The translations under genes were made by a program, and so were the position numbers. This document shows, one piece after another, positions 34,188-46,909 of a stretch of 64,000 nt of DNA. Origin of the DNA: Squalus acanthias (lineage: Eukaryota); NCBI GenBank assembly GCA_030390025.1, contig CM059451.1, forward strand, positions 2,108,001 to 2,172,000, given 5' to 3'. The notes beneath the pieces are model-generated. The model made no database searches, was not told where the DNA came from, and was given only the letters and a program-made list of their open reading frames with translations. The stretch's first letter is position 1. Every line of letters starts with the position of its first letter.

Positions 34188-35569
34188 AAAGTATTTGTTT
34201 AATTTCTCTGCCATTTCCTTATTCCCCATGATAATTTCTCCCATCTCAACCTGTAAGGGACCCACATTTACTTTTGCTAATCTTTTCCTTTTTACATACC
34301 TATGGAAGCTTTTACAGTCTGTTTTTATGTCTCTCGCTAGTTTAATCCCATATTCTATTTTCCCTTTCTTTATCAGCTTCTTGGTCCTCCTTTGCTGAAT
34401 TCTAAAATCCTCCCAATCCTCAGGCTTACTACTCTTTTTGGCAGCATTATATGCCTCTTCATTTGATCTAATACTATCTTTAACTTCTCTTGTTCGCCAC
34501 AGTTGGACCACTTTTCCTGTGGGGTTTTTGTGCCTTAAAGGAATGTATATTTGTTGTAAATTATGTATTAATTCTTTAAATGCTAGCCATTGCTTGTCTA
34601 CCATCATACCTTTTAATGTAGTATCCCAATCTTCCTTAGCCAACTCGCCCCTCATACCTATGTAGTTTGCTTTGTTTAGATTTAAGACCCTAGTTTCAGA
34701 TTTAACTAAATCACTTTCAAACTCAATATAAAATTCTATCATATTATGGTCACTCTTCCCTAAAGGCCCCTTTACTACAAGGTTATTAATTAACCCTTTC
34801 TCATTGCACAATACTAGATCTAAAATCGCCTGTTCCCTAGTTGGTTCCTCAACATACTGATCTAGAAAACTATCTTGTATACATTCCATGAATTTGTCCT
34901 CCACACTATTACTGCAAATTTGCTTTGCCCAGTCTATATGTAGATTAAAGTCCCCCATGATTTCTGTATTACCCTTGTTACATGCGCCTCTAATTTCCTG
35001 ATTTATACTCTGCCCTACATTACAACTACTGTTTGGGGGCCTATAAACAACTCCCACCAATGTTTTCTGCCCCTTGCTGTTTCTTAGCTCCACCCAAACT
35101 GATTCTACTTCTTGATTTTCAGAGCTAAGATCCTTTCTCTCTACTGTCTTTATCCCATCCTTTATTATCAGGGCTACCCCTCCTCCTTTTCCATTTTGTC
35201 TATCTCTTCCAAAAGTTAAGTATCCTGGAATATTTGGTTCCCAACCTTGACCACATTGCAACCACGTCTCCGTAATGGCTATTAGATCAAACCTGTTAAT
35301 TTCTATCTGCGCTATTAATTAATCTATTTTGTTGTGAATGCTTCACGCATTCAGATATAGTGCCTTTAGCTTTGACTTATTTCTATTTTTCCCTGTCATC
35401 TGAGTCACTGATGCTTTATTACCTTTGTTACTCTCTCTGTCCCTTCCTGACCCACTCTGCTTATTTTTACCCAAAACTCTACTCTGTTCTAGAGCCTTGA
35501 CATTTCTCTCGCTGCTTTTAAATTTACTCTTTCCTGAATCCTCCCCCCACCACCCCCCCAACCCCTTCA

Positions 35570-36531
35570 TTAGTTTAAAGCCCTGTCTACTGCCCTAGTT
35601 ATTCGGTTCGCCAGGACACTGGTCCTAGCCCGGTTTAAGTGGAGCCCATCCCAACGGAACAGCTCCCTCTTTCCCCAGTACTGGTGCCAGTGCCCCATGA
35701 ACTGAAACCCCTTCCTCCCACACCACTCTTTGAGCCACGCATTTAAACCTCTAATTTTTTTGTCCCTATGCCAATTTGCACGTGGCTCAGGTAACAATCC
35801 AGAGATTATTACCTTTTGAGGTTCTGCTTTTTAATTTGGATCCTAGCTCCTCAAACTCCCTCAGCAGAACCTCATTCCTCGTTCTCCCTATGTCGTTGGT
35901 TCGTACGTGGACCACGACAACTGGATCCTCCCCCTCCCACTCCAAGTTCTTCTCCAGCCGCGAGGAGATGTCTTTAACCCTGGCACCGGGGCAGGCAACA
36001 CAACCTTCGGAACTCTCGGTCGTGGCTACAGAGAACAGTATCTATCCCCCTGACTATACTGTCCCCTACCAGAACTACATTCCCTTTCACTCTCCCCACT
36101 TGAATGGCCTCCTGTACCATGGTGCCATGGTCAGCTTGCTCATCCATCCTACAGGCTTTTTCCTCATCCACACAGGCAGCAAGAACCTCATACCTGTTGG
36201 ACAAGGGCAAAGGCTGAGGCTCCTCCAGCACTGCACCTGGGGTCCCCTTACCTGCCTGAGTTGCAGTCTCACCCTCCTGTCCCTGACCACTAACCAGACC
36301 TGTACCACTACCTAACCTAAGGGGTGTGACTGCCTCCTGGATCAAATTGTCCAGGTAACTCTCCCCATCCCTGATGCCCCGCAATGTCTGCACCTCAGAC
36401 TCTAGCTCAAAAACTCTGAGCTGATGTTCCTCGAGATGCAGGCACTTACTGCAAACGTGGTTGTCCGGGATCACAATGCTCTCCACACACTCCCACATGC
36501 TGCAGTTGCGGCACACCACCTGCACTGCCAT
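35570..36531 (-). pseudogene. CR1 ORF1: zinc finger/leucine zipper + SGNH esterase, frameshifted
   Basis: CRNCSMW...CSKC, coiled coil, VVLVGDSIVRG, WDGLHLN. Confidence 0.85.
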
Positions 36532-37484
36532 CCCTATATGGCCTAGTTTTATTTAATTAAATGTAATTAAATTTGTAATTGGGTAGCTTAGTTATTTACA
36601 GTGTAGTTTCTTGACTACTTACTTGATCTAGATTAAGTTAAGGGTACTGAAATTAAATATCTACCTGTAACACAAAGCACTACAAGCAGTGTAGGCAAAA
36701 AGCAACAACTCCGTCCCCCTCTTCTCCAAATTCCCACTCTTTCCAAATTCCCAAATAAAACACTCCGTTTAATCCCGCTCTGCACAGACCCATAGCATCG
36801 CACACTGGTACACCAATATATGTGCGGGAGGAGTCATTTTCATCTTCACCGCCTAGGCAGTGGTCTGATTGAGCGGGTTGCCCACCTGTTGTTGTACCTG
36901 CCCAATTCTCATCCCATTTCAGCCCAACATGTACAACATCAAGGTTTCCAGCCAGATGCAAATGTTAAATACAGTACAGTAGCTATACGTGTCACCCTTT
37001 TATTAAACCAAGTGAACTACAACTGTACTAAAGCTTGTTCCGATGGCAGAGCCAAGATCAGGAGATCATCGTCTCAAGAATCATGGAAGTACAGCTATGT
37101 CCTACCATGGCACAGTATATTGGAGAAGCAACAAGCTCTTTTACAAAGCTGCTGTAGCCATTATGTTTAGCTTATTACTAATACTATTTTAATTTCCTTG
37201 CCACATCAAACCGGCATTAAGTGGTCCAGACGAAGGTGTCAACTAAACTAGAACAGCTTCTTTTGGTATGTTGAATTCAACTCGGTGTTTTGAAAAGATC
37301 CACTCTGTCTTCCATGATCAGATAGTCATCACCAGTGCCTACATCATGGTGCCAAAACCTGATCAACCTTCAAAGCATTATACTGTAGTTCAAGGCACTG
37401 GAATCACATGTTCAGCCTGATAAAGGTCTACTCATTCACATTACTCCTGGTTACATTATTGTTCAACAGGTGATGAGATTCAGT

Positions 37485-37850
37485 GCCAGAGCCAGCACAC
37501 AGAATTGGAGGTAACCTTTTGACTTGGCGAGGAAATTGGTTGGGAGCTAGGAGACAGAGTGGGACAAAAGGGTTGGTACTCTGATTGGCAGGATGTAACA
37601 AAGTGGTGTTCTCCAGGAATCTGTTCTGGGATCTCAGCTTTTCACCATGTATATCAATGACTTGGAGGAAGGAATAGAGAGTTGTATATCCAAGTTTTAC
37701 AGATGCCACGAAGTTAGGAGGGACAGTAAGTACTGCAGATGGGAGCAGGAAGTTGCAAAAGGGACATAGATTAAATGACTGCAAAACTGTGGCAGATGGA
37801 GTTCAATATGGGGTGAATGTAAGGTCATCCACTTTGGACCCAAGAATGAT
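37485..37850 (+). mobile_element. Old CR1 RT fragment
   Basis: SGVLQESVLGSQLFTMYINDLEEGIESCISKF. Confidence 0.75.
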
Positions 37851-37908
37851 GAATAAGAGCTCCAGCGAAGGTTGCACCCCAAAGGGGCTGCAACCCAATT
37901 TTTCCCCC

Positions 37909-38630
37909 ATAGAGTCTACAGCACAGAAACAGGCCATTCGGCCCAACTGGCCGAGCCTCCTTACACCCCTCTTCATCTCACCCCATCAACATAACCTTCT
38001 ATTCCTTTCTCCCTCATGTGTTTATCTAGCTTCCCCTTCAATGTATCTGTACTATTCACCTCAACCACTCCCTGTGGTAGCGAGTTCCACATTCTCACTC
38101 ACTCTCTGGGTAAAGAAGTTTCACCTGAATATAGTGACTATCTTATATTTGGGACTTCTAGTTCTGGTCTCCCCCACTAGTGGAAACATCGTCTCTACGT
38201 CTACCCTATCAAACCCCTTCATAATTTTAAATACCTCTATCAGGTCACCCCTCAGCCTTCTCTTAAGAGAAAAGAGCCCCAACCTATTCAGTCTTTCCTG
38301 ATAGTTAGAACCTCTCAGTTCTGGTATCATCTTTGTGAATCTTTTTTGCACCTTCTCCAGTGCCCTCTATATCCTTTTTATAATATGGAGACCAGAACAG
38401 TGCACAGTGGTCCAACTAAGATTGTATAAAAATTTAACATGGCTTCCCTGCTTTTCAATTCTATCCCTCCAGAAATGAACCCCAATGCTTTGCTTGTTTT
38501 TTTTAAATGGCCTTATTAGCCTGCGTTGCTACGTTTAGTGATTTGTGTATCTGTCCCCTTGATCCCTTTGCTCCTCTACCCCATTTAGACTCTTATTACC
38601 CAAGCAGTATGTGGCCTCCTTATTCCTCAT
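37909..38630 (-). mobile_element. CR1 3' fragment (type B tail)
   Basis: QKRFTKMIPELRG...RLRGDLIEVFKIMKGFDRVD. Confidence 0.85.
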
Positions 38631-39621
38631 ACCTCACATCCATAGACAAAAGACATCTCTTCCAGAAAGCATTTAACAGAAACCAGTTTAAATTCGCCAT
38701 ACTTGACCAAGCTAAAACCTGAACTGATATGAGGGCTCATTTTGCAAGCCTTTGCTTCTAGCATGCGAGCTTGCTAGATGTGAGTGCAGGTTGGAGACAG
38801 GGCTGCAACACCATCGCCTCAATTCTCTAGCCCACACTCGCTGTTAGGATGACTGTGAGCCCCGGCAGCAGAATCTCACAAATGACTGCTGCAATATTGA
38901 GATATCATCGACAACACACAGCCCGCATCTGTCACAGCCCTTCACCCAGGTTTGTTAATAAAAGGCTCCCATCACAGGGGAAGCAGACGCAGATTTCAAA
39001 CTTAATGCTGAGCAAACATGACGTTGGATGCCAGCGGTCGGTTTTCCAAACCTCCCATCTCATCCATCACACATTCGGCTGCAGTTTTCCCGACATTACT
39101 CATGAGCATCACCCTGCATCCAACCTGCAAAAATGCGCTCCCAGCGGCCAAGCCGTCCCGGGCAGCAGGAGCGCGAGGTCAGAGACTCACCCTTATTGTG
39201 TGCCCAAAGCTTTTGCGATTCCTCTTTAAGCTAAAACATTTCAAGCGCTTCTCCTCCAGACAGCGTACAGATTGTGATCTTTCTCAGGCATCCTGTGTTA
39301 TGACGATCAAGACTAAATAAATGAGTCACGACTCGATCCAAACAAATTAACCAACACATGCGTGATGATATTTTTGGCATCGCAAACTGGGTTCGTCAAG
39401 AGTTATATTTTTGGCAGCCTGCTTTTGAACTTCGAACTTCTTGGCATGAAATTCAGTTTCCCACCTAAGGAAAATTCCGGACTGATTCTTGTTTTGCCTT
39501 AAAAGGGAAGGATATTTTACAGCGAAGTCCATTCAACATCAACCATTTCCCCCTTAGAGCCATTCATTTTTCTTTAAATTTACAGTTTAGCCATGAAGAA
39601 ACTTAGTGCTGGGGAATTTCC

Positions 39622-39885
39622 ACAACAACTTGTATTTATCTAGCGCCTTTACCGTAGTAAAACGTCCCAAGGCGCTTCACAGGAGTGCAATCAATAAATA
39701 TTTTTGACAGCAGGAGATATCAGGACAGATGGCCAAAAGCTTGGTCAAAGAGGGAGGTTTTAAGGAGCGTCTTAAAGGAGGAGAGAGAGGTGGAGAGGTT
39801 TAGGGAGGGAATTCCAGAGCTCAGGGCCTAGACGGCTGAAGGCACGGCCACCAATGGTGGAATGAGTAAAATTAGGGATGCGCAA
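39622..39885 (-). mobile_element. L2-like LINE 3' fragment
   Basis: Same tail and ORF end as 8028-8362. Confidence 0.8.
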
Positions 39886-39914
39886 TTTCCAAATCGGGAA
39901 TTTCCACTTTTGTT

Positions 39915-40255
39915 GCCCACTCTTGGCACTCCCAGGTCAGGTCCGACACTGGCTAGATGTAGAGTACATCTCTACTCTTCCTTCATAATATGACATGACC
40001 CTAACTTCAGGAGGGCACCCCCTAATGGCACCATTTCCCCCACATCCGCTGCCCTTGTGTCCTCTCTGAGCAAGACTGACAGCTTAGCATCAATCTGTTT
40101 CAAATTGTGGGCAGCTTTTTGCTGTCAGCTTGCGCCCATGAGCAACTGGTCCAAGACTGGCCAAACTTTCATCCCATCACTCCAGGATGAATTGGAATCC
40201 AGGTCTGAGAGGTGAAAGGACACTTTGCTAACGCGCTCACCCACCCAGTCCCTTG
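39915..40255 (-). mobile_element. LF-SINE-like relic with tRNA head
   Basis: Minus strand gggactggg...cctttcacctct...gtcagtcttgctcagagagg...gccctcctgaagttaggg; collinear with recalled LF-SINE landmarks and with 30490-30750. Confidence 0.55.
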
Positions 40256-40279
40256 AATGTTGTTTATTTAACTTTTTAC

Positions 40280-40810
40280 TGCCTAGGAATTCAACCCCTG
40301 TGCCTGAATGGCGAGGCCCGAGGTTCACCCGATATTGGGCCTCATTTCAATCGAGTGGACAGCAATCAGCAGCTGGCCGGTGAAGCCGACTGAAGATCGG
40401 GCCGCTGTTGGTGTCGTGGAGAAGTGAGGAAAGGGGGAGACTGGGAAAGCGAGCGATCGGGTCGGAGGTAGCGGTGGCCAGGGGAGAGGGAGTGACAACA
40501 ATCTGGAGAGGAGGCAGGGGTGGAGATCGGGGGAAGTGGAACGGTGGCCGGCAGGGGCCCACATCTTGAGCACTCCCACTCCTCCTGGCTCCACATTCAG
40601 ATAAGTATATTTTTAACAACTATCCATGTTGGCTGCAGCCTAACAGGCGGTCCCTTTCAGTAAGCAGGCCTGGTTTTCCTGAGTGCAGCCGGCTGCCTCG
40701 GGCAAACCAATCTGGGAGTGGAGGCCTCAAACTGGCGTTAGGCCCCTTATTTGCAATGGGGCTAATGCCTGTTTCAACCGTGGGCACTGCACGCTGATTT
40801 TTTTGGCCTT
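40280..40810. mobile_element. Decayed Harbinger-like non-autonomous relic (related pieces at 30790-31400 and 44960-45220)
   Basis: Shares ggcctcaaactggc..taggcccc with 44993-45016, which ends in the TIR-like aattttaggccc. Confidence 0.4.
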
Positions 40811-41213
40811 AAAGAAAGAAAATCTTGCATTTATATAGCGCCTTTCACGACCTCAGGACGTCCCAAAGCAGTTTACAGCCAATGAAGTACTTTTGGAGTG
40901 TAGTCACTGTTGTAATGTAGGAAACGCAGCAGCCAGCTTGCGCACAGCAAGATCCCACAAACAGCAATGTGATACTGACCAGATAATCTGGTTTTTAGTG
41001 ATGTTGGTTGAGGGATAAATATTGTCCAGGACACCAGGGAGAACTTCCCTTCTCTTCTTTGAAATCGTGCCATGGGATCTTTTACGTCCACCCGAGAGAG
41101 CAGACACGGCCTCGGTTTAAGGTCTCATCCGAAAGACGGCACCTCCGACAGTGCGGCACTCCCTCAGCATTGCACTGGAGTGTCAGCCTAGATTTTTGTG
41201 CTCAAGTCTCTGG
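40810..41213 (-). mobile_element. SacSINE1-like SINE
   Basis: Deu core and L2-like tail. Confidence 0.85.
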
Positions 41214-41654
41214 ATTCCCCACCAATTTGTTTTAATAGAATTCCATTAGTCGGTTGCACAGCCGCCATAGTTGACTGACAGTCAGGTCACACCTAAGAAC
41301 AGGGAACAGATAGTCCTCCTTCACTCCTCCAATGAAAATCTCTACGCCAGTCAACAGAAATTGGACCGTCTACAACCATATCCATCTAATAGCAAGACCA
41401 GTGCACGAGATAAACAATTGTGGGTGGGACTGAATAAACACAGTTTAAAAATAACCCTTTTCCGTTTCAAAGCGGCAGAGAAATATGTGATTAACATTGT
41501 TGGAAACCGAAATTGATGCTGAGATAAAAGATGGAATTGCCGGTTCGGCTCCAGCAAGTCAGCCTCTCTCACCCTTCCGAGCTGAACTCAATAAAGTAGA
41601 GCCTCGTACAATGCATCTTTGAAACGCATTTAAAGACGTGTTCTAAAGTGATGT

Positions 41655-42075
41655 CTGGAAAGATTGAGCAGGCTGGGGCACTTTTCTCTAGAAAAGAAAA
41701 GGCTGACTAGTGACCTGTGTTAAGATTATGAAAGGGTTTGATAGGGTAGACGTAGAGAAGATGTGGGGGAGACCAGAACTAGGGACAATCAATGTCAGAT
41801 AGTCACTAATAAATCCAGTAGGGAATTCAGGAGAAACTTCTTTACCCAGAGAGTGGGTGAGAATGTGGAACTTGCTACCACAGGGAGTGGTTGAGGTGAA
41901 TAGCATGGATGCATTTAAGGGGAAGCTAGATAAACACATGAGGGAGAAAGGAATAGAAGGATATGCTGATAGGGTGAGATGAAGAGGGGTGGGAGGAGGC
42001 TCGTGTGGAGCATAAACACCGGCATGGACCAGTTGGGCCGAATGGCCAGTTTCTGTGCTGTACATTCGATGTAAC
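41655..42075 (+). mobile_element. CR1 3' fragment (type B tail)
   Basis: gagggagaaaggaatagaaggatatgctgatagggtgagatgaagaggggtgggagg...gtttctgtgctgta. Confidence 0.85.
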
Positions 42076-42525
42076 ACCTAGCAATTCGATCGCACCATCC
42101 TAAATGGGCATATCAGCGTTCAGTATGGCGGGCAGGAAGTGCACGCTCATTACACGCCGGAAGTGCACCACCCGCCATATTGGACCAGGCTTCTCCATAG
42201 ACGGCCAGGGAGCATGCCAGAACTATTTAAAGGAATGAGCAACTTATGTAAATAATGGTCCTACGCATGTTGTAGGGCCCGTTTCTGATATTGAGCTGCC
42301 CCAGTGCCTGACTCGCCAGGTGATAAACTCGCCCAAAAACTTTGTGGTGCTAACAGGCAGGCAGGGCCCTTCAGCAGCGCTATTTATAGGACACATCCAT
42401 TACTTAATTGCTGGTTTGTCAGTTCAGGCTGCTGGTTAACATCTGGGTTATCTGAGCTTGATTGCTGAGAAGATGTTTCTGGTGTTTCACTGTTTTTTGG
42501 CTATCTTCTAGTTTGGCTGCAGTCA

Positions 42526-42940
42526 TGGGTGGTCTGGTAGAGCTGCCTTTGGGGCTGGAGAGGAGCAACAAGGAAGGCCGCGGAGAGCAGGAGCAGCTGC
42601 GACAAGAGGGAGGAGGTCAGACCCACAGCGGGTCTTCAGGGAGCACTTCTCCGACCTGAACTTCACCGAGAAGCAATCTCGGAGGCATCCAGGAGGCTGT
42701 CACCAAGCTATGTCACCTGCCGCAGCCACAACTCGAGCCTCGCACAGGGCACGGACAGCACTGCCTGTGGCTGCCCGGGTCACCCAGGCCCTTAGCTTTT
42801 ACAGCACAGGCTCCTTCCCGGCTGCAACAGGTGACATTAGTGACATCTCACAGTTTGCAGTCCACCGCTGTATCAGGGAGGTCACCAAGGCTCTCGACAC
42901 CAGGAGCAACACCTACATCTCCTTCCCCATGGACAGAGTG
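42526..42940 (+). pseudogene. Decayed PIF/Harbinger (HARBI1-like) transposase N-terminal/HTH region
   Basis: QRVFREHFSDLNFTEKQSRR...RARTALPVAARVTQALSFYSTGSFPAATGDISDISQFAVHRCIREVTKAL...YISFP. Confidence 0.88.
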
Positions 42941-42979
42941 AAGCCTTCGCTGCAGAAACTATCAAGCACACGTGATGTA

Positions 42980-43090
42980 AAGAAAGAAAGGCTTGCATTT
43001 CTATAGCGCCTTTCACGACCACCGGACGTCTCAAAGCGCTTTACAGCCAATGAAGTACTTTTTGAAGTGGAGTCACTGTTGTAATGTAGG
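42980..43090 (-). mobile_element. SacSINE1-like tail fragment
   Basis: gaaaggcttgcatttctatagcgcctttcacgacc... Confidence 0.75.
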
Positions 43091-43187
43091 TTTAGACCTA
43101 GAAGTTCTAGACCTTGGATTCTAATAACACTTTACATAGCAGACAAATACAGACGGAATGGTCGAAGTTCATCTTTTCCTGCACTAT

Positions 43188-43766
43188 GGGCTGGATTTTC
43201 ATTGACCCGTGGAGGCGGCTTTGGAGGCGTGTGGGGAGTTAAAATTGCGAAAACTGGCGGGCGGGCACAAGTCCGCCTCCATCCCGCCTCCACGCAATTT
43301 TCATTAAATCGTGTCTGCTGGTCCCGACTCCGTCCCGCCTTTAAGAGGTGGGATAGGCTGTGAAGGCCCTTAACAAGCACTAAATTGGCTCTGTAATGCC
43401 ATCTTGAAAGGCCTTTGTGATTTTAACCCTTGTTCTACGTGAAGCACGCCTGTTCTGAAACACGATTGTGAAACCTGGCGGGAGCACATGTGGATAGCTG
43501 AATATCAGTCTCTCTCTCTCTCTCATTTTGCATCCAGGTCCTCTCACAGCAAAGGCCAGGCAGTCTCTGAGACCAGGCAGTCTCTGACCTGCAATGATGA
43601 CATCATCAGAGGCGACTTTCAGACTGAAACCACTAATTGGTTCATGGGTTCCCACATGCTGGAACTCAATTGCCCAATTAAGTGAAAATTGCATCAATCT
43701 CCCACATCCAATTGCAGTCGGGTGGATGACACGACCCCAACCTGCCCCAGTCTCAAAATCCAGCCC
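43188..43766. mobile_element. Non-autonomous PIF/Harbinger element (family C2)
   Basis: Perfect TIR gggctggatttt/aaaatccagccc; perfect TSD TAT. Confidence 0.9.
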
Positions 43767-44029
43767 TATGTATTTTGGTTCAAAAATCTAAGTCCAGTAA
43801 TTACTGTCTGTAATATTGCTTGGCGTGTTAGTCTGACGTTCCTTTTCCTGCGATTTTTACCTGCGATGTTGTCGCCTCCATTAACGGTTCTGTTAAAGTA
43901 GTGGAAAAAGGAATGCCATGTAAACATGATCAATATTTGTACCTGTTAATACGTCATTTCTAGGCTAGCGCCGACTGGGGTACATTCTTCCGCGTGCATT
44001 CTCCCGACTCGATTTAGGGAGCGCAGATT

Positions 44030-44262
44030 TAGGGTCGCCAACTCTGGCTGGGCGTATTCCTGGAGGTTTGATCACATGACCTCCTCGCTCCACCCGCCCT
44101 GCCCCCCCCCCCCCCACAGGCTCCCGCCATTGGTCGTCCGACACGCCCATTCTCATAGAGCACAACCTTCCCAGCCAATTGGAAAGCGAACAGCCTCCTC
44201 GTTACCCGATTGGGTGACTCTTGACTTTCCATCAAACAGCCTTTTCTTCCCCATCTTCCCTT
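44030..44262. mobile_element. Truncated hAT MITE, inverted relative to its neighbour
   Basis: Starts tagggtcgccaactctgg, the reverse complement of the end at 44503-44520. Confidence 0.65.
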
Positions 44263-44283
44263 GATCGGCAGTCACCACTGAAG

Positions 44284-44520
44284 TCGGGTTGCCAACTCCT
44301 CCAGGAATTAATCTCCTGGGCACTGCTGCAAGCAAGCCCAGGTGAAAAATCATAGGGGCAACAAACTAATTGTGTGCTTTTTCTCATTTTATTGGTGAAA
44401 AAAATATTGGAGATTGGGGGGTGGGGTGGAAAAGACTGTTTGACTGGGCGGGGCAGTTGGAGGTGGGAGGTCATGTGATGAAAGCCCCAGGAATATGTCC
44501 GACCAGAGTTGGCAACCCTA
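44284..44520. mobile_element. hAT (Tip100-like) MITE
   Basis: TIR tcgggttgccaac/gttggcaacccta; perfect 8-bp TSD cactgaag. Confidence 0.85.
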
Positions 44521-45444
44521 CACTGAAGTGAGGAACTTCAAAAATGGACAGGAAAACAAAACCATGTTAAAGCCAATCAAAATGCCTTTTGATGATGGGG
44601 AACTCTTCCATAAGTAGTCCGTGGTATGACATAAAACAGGCTGAATTATGTTGAAATGGAGAGGAAATGATCTGGTATTGTGGAATTCCGTGATAATAAG
44701 CAGATTGTGATCAAAATGCTATGAAAATAAACAGGGGCAGCAGCAGCCCAGTAAACAGGTGAAGTACTTCCTCTGCCCCTTGCTCAGTCTGTGTGAACTA
44801 AAGTGGACTTGGGAGTTCAATGTGGCAGTGAGCCACACCGATCAGCAGGATCGCACAGTTTGGCTTTTTCCATCCCCGGGTTGTGCGGAGATAGCTGATC
44901 ACAGCCTAGGTTCTACCATGAGTCTGGGCTAGGGTGGGGAAAAAAATCAACCCGACACCGGCTACGTTCAGGGCAGCCCAATTTTGCGTGGGGGCCTCAA
45001 ACTGGCTTTAGGCCCCCTAGCTGCTTATGCAAAGGAACAAATGGCGGTTTCAGGCGCGGGCCCTGGACGCCTCGTTTTCTGCCTTCACCAATGTGGCGGG
45101 CGTAGTGAGCTGGCGGGCGGTGCGCGTAGTGAGCTTACCCGCCCGGCCCACCATATCGGAGGCTTAGGTGCCTGTTTTACGCCTGAAAAACGGGCGTGGT
45201 GCCATCAAATTTTTAGGCCCACTTATCACATCCCACCGAGCATAGTACGTTTCATTTATCCCTACTCTCTGTCTCCTGCCTCCCAACCAATTACTGACCC
45301 ATGTCCCAAGGTTTCCTCCAATTCCATGCACTTTTATTTTTGCTAATAATCTCTTGTGCGGAACCTTATCAAATACCTTCTGGGAGTCTATGTAGACAAC
45401 ATCCACAGGCACTCCCCTATCCACCATGTTGGAGACCTCCTCAA

Positions 45445-46909
45445 ACATAAGAAATGGAGCAGGAATAGGCCACTTGGCCCCTCGAGCCTGCTCCGCCATT
45501 CAATAAGATCATGGCTGATCTTGGGCTCAAAGCAACTTCCCTGCCCGCTCCCCATAACCCTTCACTCCCTTATCTTGCAAAAATCTGTCTATCTCCACCT
45601 TAAATGTATTCAATGACCCAGCCTCCACGGCTCTCTGGGGCAGAGAATTCCACAGATTTACGACCTCCTGAGAGAAGAAATTCCTCCTCATCTCAGTTCT
45701 AAAAGGGCGACCCTTTATTCTAAAACTGTGCCCCCGAGTTCTAGATTTCCCCACGAGGGGAAACATCCTCTCTGCATCTACCTTGTCGAGCCCCCTCAGT
45801 ATCTTCTATGTTTCAATAAGATCACCTCTCATTCTTCTAAATTCCAATGAGTATAGGCCCAGCCTGCTCAACCTTTCCTCATAAGTCAACCCCCTCATCT
45901 CTGGAATTAACCTAGTGAATCGTCTCTGAACTGTCTCCAATGCAAGTATATCCTTCCTTAAATAAGGAGACCAAAACTGTACGCATTACTCGAGGTGTGG
46001 TCTCACCAATACCCTGTACAGTTGTAGCAGGACTTCCCTGCTTTTATACTCCAACCCCTATGAAATAAAGGCCAACATTCCATTTGCCTTTTTGATTACT
46101 TGCTGTACCTGCATGCTAACTTTTTGTGTTTCATGCACAAGGACCCCCAGGTCCCTCTGAACTGTAGCATTTTGTAATCTCTCTCCATTTAAATAATAAC
46201 TTGCTTTTTTATTTTTCCTGCCAAAGTGTATAACCTCGCACTTTCCCACATTATACTCCCTCTGCCAAATGTTTGCCCACTCACTTAGCCTGTCTATATC
46301 CCTTTGCAGGTTCTTTGAGTCCTCTGCACAACTTGCTTTCCCACCCATCTTTGTATCATCCGCAAACTTGGCTACATTACACTCGGTCCCTTCATCCAAG
46401 TCATTAATGTAGATTGTAAATAGTTGAGGCCCGAGCACCGATCCCTGTGGCACCCCACTAGTTACCTTTTGCCAACCGGAAAATGACCCATTTATCCATT
46501 TATCCCGACTCTCTGCTTTCTGTTAGTTAGCCAATTCTCTATCCATGTTAATATATTACCCCCAATTCCGTGAGCTCTTATCTTATTCAGTAACCTTTTA
46601 TGTGGCACCTTATCGAATGCCTTCTGAAAATCCAAATACACTACATCTACTGGTTCACCTTTGTCCACCTTGTTTGTTACATCCTCAAAGAACTCCAGCA
46701 AATTTGTTAAACATGATTTCCCTTTCATAAAACCATGCTGACTCTGCTTGACTGCATTATGATTTTCCAAATGCCCTGCTACTGCTTCCTTAATGAAGGA
46801 CTCCAGCATTTTCCCAACGACAGATGTTAGGCTAACTGGTCTATAGTTTCCTGCTTTCTGTCTCCCTCCTTTCTTAAATAGGGGTGTTACATTTGCGGTT
46901 TTCCAATCC
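45445..46909 (-). mobile_element. Younger 5'-truncated CR1
   Basis: RT ORFs 46492-46944 and 46058-46453; type A tail; caaa on both flanks. Confidence 0.92.

Larger units (their letters stand above)
31670..36786 (-). mobile_element. Near full-length CR1 LINE (5' UTR, ORF1, ORF2, 3' UTR), frameshifted
   Basis: ORF1 at 35570-36531, APE at 34188-35370, RT at 31771-33387 (NYRPVSLTS, YLDFQKAFDKV, KFADDTK), type A tail. Confidence 0.93.

Noticed and set aside
36820-37430. Unique sequence with a 116-aa ORF (similarly 29595-30034 and 38849-39320)
   Set aside because: No recognisable domain or convincing splice-site pair; may be non-coding, but cannot be supported from sequence alone.
42526-42940. 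Domesticated host HARBI1 gene
   Set aside because: Frameshifted, truncated before the DDE domain and flanked by transposon-like sequence.
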